Positions 21,871 to 29,487 of a stretch of DNA of 64,000 nucleotides are shown here, piece after piece. The position numbers and the translations under genes were made by a program. Numbering within the stretch: the stretch's first letter is position 1; every line of letters begins with the position of its first letter. The stretch lies in assembly GCA_036770365.1 (NCBI GenBank), contig DAIPJH010000003.1, forward strand, positions 7,250-71,249. Direction: 5' to 3'. The notes below the pieces were generated by a model, which worked only from the letters and a program-made list of their open reading frames with translations, was not told where the DNA came from and searched no databases. This DNA comes from Rickettsiales bacterium. Lineage in GTDB: Bacteria > Pseudomonadota > Alphaproteobacteria > Rickettsiales > UBA998.

Positions 21871-22617
21871 CTATGAAAGATCAGATTGACGAGAAAGCAG
21901 CGTATTGAACTCTACGCAGAAATCTTCTAAACGTCCTGCAAACTTTGCAAGTTCAGTAGACAATTTATTGTACGCTATCACCGCAGGAATTGCGGCAAAA
22001 AGACCAATAGCAGTAGCAAAAAGAGCCTCTGCAATCCCAGGGGCGACAACAGCAAGCGAGGTGTTCTTTGACATCGCAATCGATTGAAAGCTATTCATAA
22101 TCCCCCACACCGTACCAAACAACCCCACAAACGGCGCAGCAGTACCGACCGTAGCCAAGAAACCAATACCTTTCTCTAATTCATTAAGCTCGCGGTTACG
22201 TGTCACACTCATCACCTGATACATACGGTCTTGAATACTAGCACGAAGCCCTGTGCGGCGACCGCCTTTTTCTGATCTCGCCCATTCTTCCATTGCCGCC
22301 AAAAACACGATGGCATAAGGATGATTGGCACGGCGTTTCACTTTTTCATAAAACTCATCAAGAGCCTCAGACGACCAAAAATCCGCTTCAAATTTCTCAC
22401 CTTTTTCTTTCACAGATTTGAACTTCATAAATTTCTCAAACACGATCACCCAACTCCAAAACGAAGCCATCAACAACATGATAATAATGGATTTTACAAT
22501 CATATCTGCTTGCAAAAACAAGCCAAACATTGACAAATCATGTGCGGCTACTGTTCCCGCGACATCGGCTGCCTGTACCACAGGTGCTGCTGTATCTACC
22601 ATCGTCATCTCCTTCAC
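21871..22617 (-). CDS. tolQ: Tol-Pal system protein TolQ (MotA/ExbB family)
   Basis: Three TM helices and the GLFGTVWGIM motif. Lies upstream of tolR. Confidence 0.9.
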   Translation of the reverse strand: MKEMTMVDTAAPVVQAADVAGTVAAHDLSMFGLFLQADMIVKSIIIMLLMASFWSWVIVFEKFMKFKSVKEKGEKFEADFWSSEALDEFYEKVKRRANHPYAIVFLAAMEEWARSEKGGRRTGLRASIQDRMYQVMSVTRNRELNELEKGIGFLATVGTAAPFVGLFGTVWGIMNSFQSIAMSKNTSLAVVAPGIAEALFATAIGLFAAIPAVIAYNKLSTELAKFAGRLEDFCVEFNTLLSRQSDLS

Positions 22618-22625
22618 AAAAGCGT

Positions 22626-23072
22626 CTAAGACGCCACGTCTTGCACATTCAAATGTTCACATAATGCCTGAACGATCTCAGGCGGTATTTTGGCTGGTTT
22701 ACGCGCCGCGTCTATCATCGCAATGTCCACCTCTATTCGAGTGAGCATCCTGTCGCCGCACGAAATCATCTGTAGCATACTCATACGCACCCGCCCTAAT
22801 TTCTGCAAGCGCGTTTCTACACTCACTTCATTATCCAATGACGCGGGTGACAGATAATCCACACTCACTCTGCGTACCACAAACCCAAGCCCATGCTGCT
22901 GTAACAAATGAGATTGATTGATACCGCATGCGCGTAACGCGTCTGTGCGCGCACGTTCAGCATATCTCAAATAGTTTGCATAATACACAATCCCTGCCGC
23001 ATCCGTATCTTCATAATAGACACGAAACTGTGTGAAAAATGCACCATTTTGAAAAAATCCTTGGGTACTCAT
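22626..23072 (-). CDS. ybgC: Tol-Pal-associated acyl-CoA thioesterase YbgC (4HBT hot-dog fold)
   Basis: [25 protein letters not shown] is the canonical YbgC N-terminus. Confidence 0.85.
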   Translation of the reverse strand: MSTQGFFQNGAFFTQFRVYYEDTDAAGIVYYANYLRYAERARTDALRACGINQSHLLQQHGLGFVVRRVSVDYLSPASLDNEVSVETRLQKLGRVRMSMLQMISCGDRMLTRIEVDIAMIDAARKPAKIPPEIVQALCEHLNVQDVAS

Positions 23073-24118
23073 GCTTCACCATCCAATGGCAACTCTGCTT
23101 GCGCAAGTACGGCGATTTCTGAGCGTGCAGGCGGTTGCAGCCCTAGATGATGAAATGCACCGTCTGTAAGCATCCGGCCGCGAGGGGTACGCTGCAACAA
23201 ACCAAGCTGCAATAGATACGGCTCAATGGTTTCTTCCAGCGAATCACGCTGCTCAGAGAGTCCTGCCGCGCAGGTTTCTATCCCCACTGGTCCGCCCATA
23301 TAATGATCAGCAATGAAACGTAAATAACGCCTATCGGCACTGTCCAACCCTGCCGCGTCCACTTCTAAGCGCGAGAGCGCGCTATCAGCGAGCGTGCGGT
23401 CAATAATGTCCTTACCCCCTGCATGGGCAAAATCACGTACCCGACGCAACAACCTCACCGCAATGCGCGGCGTTCCACGTGAACGTTTCGCAATCTCAAG
23501 CGAACCATCGGATGTCATGGCAACACCAAGTACGCTGGACGCACGTTCAATCACGCTTTGCAGCTCAGAAACTTCATAAAATTGAAGGCGTAACGGAATA
23601 CCAAAACGATCGCGCAGCGGGTTAGAAATCAACCCAAGCCGCGTAGTTGCCCCCACCAACGTAAACGGTGAAAGATCAATGCGCACGGTACGTGCCGCAG
23701 GCCCTTCGCCAATAATCACATCAAGCTTACCATCCTCCATCGCAGGATACAGCACTTCTTCCACCGCGGAACTCAAGCGATGAATCTCATCAATAAACAA
23801 CACGTCTGAGGGCTGCAAACTGGTCAAAATTGCAGCTAAATCCCCTGCTTTGGTAAGAAGAGGTCCAGAAGTCGAACGAAACCCGACTCCCATCTCCGCC
23901 GCAACAATCTGCGCAAGCGTGGTTTTGCCAAGCCCCGGAGGCCCATAAAAAAGCACATGGTCTAACGGCTCACCACGCGACCTAGCAGCATGTACAAATA
24001 TGGACAAATTCTCACACGCTGCACGCTGCCCCGTAAACTCAGCCAACCGCTGTGGGCGAAGTTTTTGCTCCTGCACATCCTCCTCAAGCTTTATTGCGGT
24101 TTGCAAACGCGAGTCCAT
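23069..24118 (-). CDS. ruvB: Holliday junction helicase RuvB
   Basis: [11 protein letters not shown] Walker [10 protein letters not shown], and RTPRGR near the C-terminus. Confidence 0.97.
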   Translation of the reverse strand: MDSRLQTAIKLEEDVQEQKLRPQRLAEFTGQRAACENLSIFVHAARSRGEPLDHVLFYGPPGLGKTTLAQIVAAEMGVGFRSTSGPLLTKAGDLAAILTSLQPSDVLFIDEIHRLSSAVEEVLYPAMEDGKLDVIIGEGPAARTVRIDLSPFTLVGATTRLGLISNPLRDRFGIPLRLQFYEVSELQSVIERASSVLGVAMTSDGSLEIAKRSRGTPRIAVRLLRRVRDFAHAGGKDIIDRTLADSALSRLEVDAAGLDSADRRYLRFIADHYMGGPVGIETCAAGLSEQRDSLEETIEPYLLQLGLLQRTPRGRMLTDGAFHHLGLQPPARSEIAVLAQAELPLDGEA

Positions 24119-24733
24119 CTACATCAGCTCCTTCAAACCCAAACGTATCAAATCTTCTAGTGTCGCATCAGGCTGCACATGCTGCACCCGTGATACGGCT
24201 GAGAACGCATCGACTTTATTATAACCCAGATTGGTAAGCGCAGACACTGCCTCATCACGCGCCGAAGAAGAAGCAGGCACACTGGATTTGATGGTGCTTT
24301 TATCCAGCCCCGCCACAGGACCAGTCGGCACAACCCCAACTTTACCTTTAAGTTCTGTCACAATACGTTCGGCCAATTTTTTACCAACCCCCGACGCACG
24401 GGTCATCATCACCTTATCTTGCGCACCAATAATCGTAGCAATTTCTTCGGTGGAAAATACACTCAAAATCGCCAACCCCACCCGTGAACCCACGCCCTGC
24501 ACCGTAGTCAGCAAGCGAAACCAATCGCGCTCCCCTTCATGCATAAAACCATACAGATGAATGTGATCTTCGCGCACCTGCGTTTCAATCGTCAAGCTGA
24601 CGTCACCTTGAACAGGCGCAATCGCCCCCAAAGTCCGACTTGACGCAAATACACGGTAACCCACACCATTCACATCTAAAATCGCATGGTCTTCTGCGAC
24701 AGAATCAACCCGACCTCTAAGTTTTCCTATCAC
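24119..24733 (-). CDS. ruvA: Holliday junction DNA-binding protein RuvA
   Basis: MIGKLRG start, and HhH region LTTVQGVGSRVGLAILS. Confidence 0.95.
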   Translation of the reverse strand: MIGKLRGRVDSVAEDHAILDVNGVGYRVFASSRTLGAIAPVQGDVSLTIETQVREDHIHLYGFMHEGERDWFRLLTTVQGVGSRVGLAILSVFSTEEIATIIGAQDKVMMTRASGVGKKLAERIVTELKGKVGVVPTGPVAGLDKSTIKSSVPASSSARDEAVSALTNLGYNKVDAFSAVSRVQHVQPDATLEDLIRLGLKELM

Positions 24734-25224
24734 TGCGCCGCCTCCAACATTTTTTTCATCCCAGCATGATGACTATGGCATAAAGCAATCGCAAGCGCAT
24801 CCATTGCATCCACTTTTTGCACCCCTGCCTGCGGCAACAACATGCGCACCATCGCACCGACTTGTTCTTTTTCTGCTCGCCCAGAACCCGTTACCGACTG
24901 CTTCACGAGGCGTGACGCATATTCATGCACCTCAAGCCCAGCAATCGCAAGCGAAAGCAACAATGCCCCACGCGCATTCGCTAACTTCAAGGTTGAAGAA
25001 CCGCTCATATTGACAAATGTCTCTTCAATCGCCGCTTCCTGAGGCTTATACTGAGCAATAACGCCATGCACACCCTCATGCAAAAGCAATAATCTCTCCA
25101 CCATCGGCAATTTTGCACTCGGAGAAATCACCCCACACGCCACAAACTGACACGCATTCCCCCGCGCCTCAATCACACCCCATCCCGTATGGGCAAGTCC
25201 TGGGTCGATTCCGAGTATTCGCAT
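24730..25224 (-). CDS. ruvC: Crossover junction endodeoxyribonuclease RuvC
   Basis: MRILGIDPGL..TGWGVIE start and the D..DALAIALCH catalytic end. Confidence 0.95.
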   Translation of the reverse strand: MRILGIDPGLAHTGWGVIEARGNACQFVACGVISPSAKLPMVERLLLLHEGVHGVIAQYKPQEAAIEETFVNMSGSSTLKLANARGALLLSLAIAGLEVHEYASRLVKQSVTGSGRAEKEQVGAMVRMLLPQAGVQKVDAMDALAIALCHSHHAGMKKMLEAAQ

Positions 25225-25355
25225 AGGATTCCTTTATTACTCTCTACCCGCCTCCTGCTCGCAAAATGAGCCTAACGGCTTCGCCGACTAAAGGACTCGG
25301 ACTCTTGTCCTTACTTCCGTGCAACGAACGACTAATAACCAATAACTAGCGACTC

Positions 25356-26105
25356 CTAAGCACTCAGCTTACGCATCACTTCTTCAGATACTTCAAAATT
25401 CGAAAAGACTTCTTGCACATCATCGCAATCTTCAAGCACATCCATCATTTTAAGCACACTCGCCGCCTGCTCTTCATCCACCGGCGCAGTCACTTTCGGT
25501 AGCCATGTGAATTTAGAAGATTTTGGATCACCAAATTTCGCTTCTAAAGCACCCACAACCTCATGCATATCTTCCAAAGTGGTCGTGATAACAAAATTAT
25601 CATCCACCGCTTCCACATTCTCTGCGCCCGCTTCAATCGCCGCTTCAAACATCGCATCTTCGCTGATAGACCCTTTAGCAAACACAATCTGCCCGACATG
25701 ATCAAACATAAAATTCACGCTGCCTGTTTCGCCCAAATTACCACCATGCTTAGTAAAAGTAGAACGCACCTCAGATGCTGCGCGGTTACGATTATCAGTA
25801 AGCACCTCGACAATCACCGCCACGCCGCCCACACCATAGCCCTCATAACGAATCGCCTCATAGTTATCACCAGAAGTTTCCCCAGAACCGCGCTTGATCG
25901 CATTTTCAATCTTATCTTTGGGCATATTCTCCGCGCGCGCCGCAAGCACCGCCGCACGAAGGCGCGGGTTCGACGCCATATCAGGCAAACCTGATTTCGT
26001 CGCCACAATAATTTCTTTGATCAAGCGCGTAAAAATCTTTGCACGTTTTTTATCCTGCGCACCTTTGCGGTGCATGATGTTCTTAAACTGACTATGACCT
26101 GCCAT
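25356..26105 (-). CDS. yebC: YebC/PmpR family transcriptional regulator
   Basis: MAGHSQFKNIMHRKGAQD is the canonical start. Confidence 0.95.
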   Translation of the reverse strand: MAGHSQFKNIMHRKGAQDKKRAKIFTRLIKEIIVATKSGLPDMASNPRLRAAVLAARAENMPKDKIENAIKRGSGETSGDNYEAIRYEGYGVGGVAVIVEVLTDNRNRAASEVRSTFTKHGGNLGETGSVNFMFDHVGQIVFAKGSISEDAMFEAAIEAGAENVEAVDDNFVITTTLEDMHEVVGALEAKFGDPKSSKFTWLPKVTAPVDEEQAASVLKMMDVLEDCDDVQEVFSNFEVSEEVMRKLSA

Positions 26106-26124
26106 GACTGCTTCCTTGTTTAGA

Positions 26125-26187
26125 GACTAGAGGCTAGGGACTAGAGGCTAGTGAAAAATACTAGACCCTAGCCCCTAAACCCTAGTC
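26125..26187. repeat. CTAG-rich heptad array forming a long imperfect hairpin
   Basis: The left arm has CTAG at 26127, 26134, 26141 and 26148 (CTAGAGG CTAGGGA CTAGAGG CTAG). The loop is TGAAAAATA. The right arm has CTAG/CTAA at 26161, 26168, 26175 and 26182 (CTAGACC CTAGCCC CTAAACC CTAG). By hand, 20 of 27 arm positions pair. Confidence 0.8.
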
Positions 26188-26229
26188 ACTCACTATATAC
26201 ACACCCCAAACATTTCGGCAACAACACAT

Positions 26230-26360
26230 TGTAGCACTTTAACTTTATAGTTTCCTCATTTCTTGAGGAATCATAAAGCTATGTAGTACTAATAAATTTA
26301 AAAGGTTTAGTCGTTTAACTTCTTATAAAATACCTAATTATTAGGTTAAACGACGATAAC
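26230..26360 (+). repeat. Copy A of a structured intergenic repeat of about 130 bp (MITE/REP-like or sRNA-like)
   Basis: Shares with the copies at 59194-59320 (+) and 39423-39553 (-) the blocks GCACTTTAACTTTA, TTTCC, GTAGTACTA, TAGTCGTTTAAC, TAATTATT and GTTAAACGAC. Contains two internal hairpins. Confidence 0.8.
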
Positions 26361-26361
26361 A

Positions 26362-27018
26362 CTATCTAGGCAAATGCCGCCACCAGCCCTGTTCATTAAT
26401 CGAGTAAATAGGCGTGTAATGATGAATATCTGAGTCACGCACCACCTGTGAGATTTGATTATCTAAAATATAATTAACGTCGCCCATATGCACCGCCAGT
26501 ACAGAATGTAATAAATTCAAATTGCGATCTTGCAAAACCACCACTCGCATCGCATCAGATGATATCCCCAACCATTTCAACGTCATATATTTCACAATAG
26601 CGTAATCTTCACAGTCGCCATCACGCGTAAAAAACTCATAGGGCGTCTCCCAATAATCCTCCATGGACCAGTTCACAATATCGGTAATGTACGCCGCCTG
26701 ATTCAAACGCTGGTTCACTTTATCAAGCTTCATCTTTGCGGGTTCGGCTCGCACCGAATCCACCAATGCCTGCCATTGTTGCATAGGACAACTATCTCCA
26801 CGCGACATCGTACATAATGTACTCATCGTATGACGATGCCTCGCATCCTTAGATAAAACCCCTGTCCATTTTGGAAAAGGCTGCACATTACTAGAAAACA
26901 CTTCCTTTGTACCAAACAGATCAAAATCCTCAGCAAAAGCCACAGAAGCAGGAATACCACCCACTCCGCTCCACAATGGTATGATGCTTAATGCCAAAAG
27001 AGTAAATCGTCGAAACAT
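26362..27018 (-). CDS. Periplasmic transglutaminase-like cysteine peptidase (BTLCP / peptidase C93, LapG-type)
   Basis: Sec signal peptide ending AFA-ED. Catalytic Cys context DGDCEDYAIVKY, His context LLHSVLAVH, and Asp context ILDNQ, which is the Cys-His-Asp order of BTLCP. Confidence 0.8.
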   Translation of the reverse strand: MFRRFTLLALSIIPLWSGVGGIPASVAFAEDFDLFGTKEVFSSNVQPFPKWTGVLSKDARHRHTMSTLCTMSRGDSCPMQQWQALVDSVRAEPAKMKLDKVNQRLNQAAYITDIVNWSMEDYWETPYEFFTRDGDCEDYAIVKYMTLKWLGISSDAMRVVVLQDRNLNLLHSVLAVHMGDVNYILDNQISQVVRDSDIHHYTPIYSINEQGWWRHLPR

Positions 27019-27091
27019 GATGGTTTTTGATTGCGGTTATGCTATTACGCTATAAGATTCCGTAAAGAAAAGCATCCTAAAATTAGGGTTT

Positions 27092-27240
27092 TATAGTCAT
27101 TTCAATGAATAATTTAACAGCAAGCGAAAATGGGAGCTTTTCGAGAACCGCAGCGCAGTGTATATAGACATACATAAGCAGTAAAAAGCGCAGAAAACTT
27201 CTATTCGCAGCACTGTCAAACTTTAAGTGGAATGACTATA
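27092..27240. repeat. 149-bp unit bounded by terminal inverted repeats TATAGTCATT / AATGACTATA (MITE-like)
   Basis: Left arm 27092-27101 and right arm 27231-27240, extending to 11 of 12 bp (TATAGTCATTTC vs GGAATGACTATA). The termini resemble the TATAGTCGTTTAAC arms of the 130-bp repeat. The right arm ends on the A of the receptor gene's ATG. Confidence 0.5.
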
Positions 27241-29363
27241 TGATGATGGATACCACAACCTCCCTTGTTCCCGAAGAAACATTGTTAAATAAGAACAAGC
27301 GACGCGTGTTGGTGATTAGCTGGATCATACTCATCATCCTAGGCTACCTCGCCATGTATATGCTTATCCAACGCGAAGAAAATCGTGATGCACGTGGCTG
27401 GGAAATGCGCCTCGGACTCATTGCAGGCTCACAAGCACGTGACATCGAACATTGGCTGAAAATTCGCCAAAAAACCCTACAAAACCTCGCAGAGAATATT
27501 TCGCTTAAACTTTATATGACGGAACTATCATTATCTGCAACATCACCCGAATCCATTGAACCAGCGCAACAAACATACCTGCGTAACCTGATTATTTCTT
27601 CCGCACGTGAAGGCGGTTTTCAACCTACTATACCCGCACCAGAAATTCACGCCAATGTGAGACCAGAACCTAGCGCGGGACTTGCTCTGTTTAATGCTTC
27701 AGGCAAACTGCTTGCTGCTACGGCAGGCATGCCCGCTTTTTCAGACCTTCCTACTACCATCACCACCCCTAAGAACCCGAAATCTCCGATATTCTCCTCA
27801 CCTTACTTATCAGAAAATAACAAGCCATCACTTGCACTAAGGCTACCAATCTATGGTGTACAAGATGATACAACTACTGCTCAACCTCTTGGATTCTTAG
27901 TCGGCGTTACCTTACTCGATGATAGCCTTTTCGACCTTCTTAAAACCATAGACTCCTCTAATATATCTGAAGAATCATTATTAATTGCGACACAAGAAGC
28001 TCACGCAACCTACCTCTCTCCTTTGCGCAATGGAACAAAACCTCTAACGCTTTCACTGACAATAGATACCCCCAACGCCGAAATTCAGGCCTTATTGCGC
28101 CCACAGACATTCATTCGCGCAACCAGTTATCACAAGACAGATGCCATTGCCGTAGCCAGCCCAATCAAAAACACACCATGGCATCTTATTCGTATGATCG
28201 ACTATAAGAACGCCATGCAAGACACACACGCACGCGCCTTATGGCTTAGTATTGCCTATGCACTTGCAGTAGCATTACTTTCAGCATCCATCGTTGCAGT
28301 ATGGCGCAACGCCACCACCTTACAAGCGCGCAACATCGCTGACCATTTCCGTGCGATGGCACACCGCTTAGAGCGTCAAGAAAAGCTACTGGATCTTATT
28401 GCTGAGAACACCCCCATCAGTACTTTTATCACAGACAATGACGGACATTATCGTTATGCTAACCGTATGGCGGCGCAACGCGCAGGAACAAAACGTGAGG
28501 ACATGCTCGGAAAAGCTCTTGATGCCGTATTAGGAAAATTTCGAGCAAGAAACATCGTCGCAAACAATGAGCGTGCGATAGAACAACAAGAAACCTATAT
28601 CACAAATACCATCACTTACGATGATATTGGCAATATCGAAGAGGCCATTGAGTCCGTACATATCCCTCTTGCCAATATTCCCATCGTAGATAGTGAAGAA
28701 AATATCCCAGGCATTTTAGTATTAGAAAAAGATTTTACCCAAGCTGCTTCTGCCTCAGAAAAACGAGCAAAAACTCTCAAGCAATTGGTCACAACTTTGG
28801 TTACCATCGTAGACAGACGCGACCCCAACGCAGCAAATCATTCTACCTGTGTTGCACATCTTGCTGAAGCCATCGCCAAGGAAATGGGTCTAGACGAACA
28901 AGACATCACCACCGCTGCTACCGCTGGAAATTTAATGAATATTGGCAAGATTCTTGTACCAGAGACCATCCTCACCGCAAATGATGATAAAGATGAAGCA
29001 CATCGCCTCCACATCCGGCATGCTCTGCGTGCCAGCGCAGATTTACTCGAAAACATTGACTTTGATGGTCCTGTTGTGGAAACACTGCGTCAATCAGGTG
29101 AACATATGGATGGTTATGGAACACCGCTTGGCCTTAAAGGCGACGATATTCTTATCACAGCGCGTATTGTTGGGCTTGCCAACGACTTTATCGCGATTAT
29201 CAGTCCACGAGCATGGCGTAAAGGCAATAGCCAAGAACAAGCAACAAAGATTGCGCTTGAAGGTATTGATAAAAAGTATGACCGCGCTGCTGTTGTAGCT
29301 CTCATCAACTTTCTCGACAATCGAAATGGCAAAGAGTTACTGTCGTCATGGATGCAACAGTAA
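27240..29363 (+). CDS. Membrane receptor: TM - periplasmic Cache-like domain - TM - PAS - degenerate HD-GYP domain
   Basis: 707 aa. TM1 is around aa 23-43, followed by a periplasmic segment of about 290 aa and a second TM (ALWLSIAYALAVALLSASIVAV). A PAS-like region follows (ENTPISTFITDNDGHYRYAN). The C-terminal HD-GYP-like domain reads HSTCVAHLAEAIAKEMGL ... NLMNIGK ... SGEHMDGYGTPLGLKGDDILITARIVGLANDF. Confidence 0.75.
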   Translation: MMMDTTTSLVPEETLLNKNKRRVLVISWIILIILGYLAMYMLIQREENRDARGWEMRLGLIAGSQARDIEHWLKIRQKTLQNLAENISLKLYMTELSLSATSPESIEPAQQTYLRNLIISSAREGGFQPTIPAPEIHANVRPEPSAGLALFNASGKLLAATAGMPAFSDLPTTITTPKNPKSPIFSSPYLSENNKPSLALRLPIYGVQDDTTTAQPLGFLVGVTLLDDSLFDLLKTIDSSNISEESLLIATQEAHATYLSPLRNGTKPLTLSLTIDTPNAEIQALLRPQTFIRATSYHKTDAIAVASPIKNTPWHLIRMIDYKNAMQDTHARALWLSIAYALAVALLSASIVAVWRNATTLQARNIADHFRAMAHRLERQEKLLDLIAENTPISTFITDNDGHYRYANRMAAQRAGTKREDMLGKALDAVLGKFRARNIVANNERAIEQQETYITNTITYDDIGNIEEAIESVHIPLANIPIVDSEENIPGILVLEKDFTQAASASEKRAKTLKQLVTTLVTIVDRRDPNAANHSTCVAHLAEAIAKEMGLDEQDITTAATAGNLMNIGKILVPETILTANDDKDEAHRLHIRHALRASADLLENIDFDGPVVETLRQSGEHMDGYGTPLGLKGDDILITARIVGLANDFIAIISPRAWRKGNSQEQATKIALEGIDKKYDRAAVVALINFLDNRNGKELLSSWMQQ

Positions 29364-29487
29364 CGACAAAAACAACACTTCTCGCCCATGAAGAGACATA
29401 TAATACTTAGATTTTAACCCTTTGTTTGCATCCTCATGCTAGCCTACAAGCTTAACTATTTCTACCACAGGCGTTGTTGATTATTGC

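Noticed and set aside
25225-25355. 131-nt relatively GC-rich spacer between yebC and ruvC with several short hairpins (e.g. TAAGGAC...GTCCTTTA on the minus strand)
   Set aside because: I looked for a tRNA, a known sRNA or a copy of the other repeat families. I found only weak resemblance (a GTCGTTCG start on the minus strand). The stems are short and nothing can be named. It is worth an Rfam scan but is not reportable as a feature.
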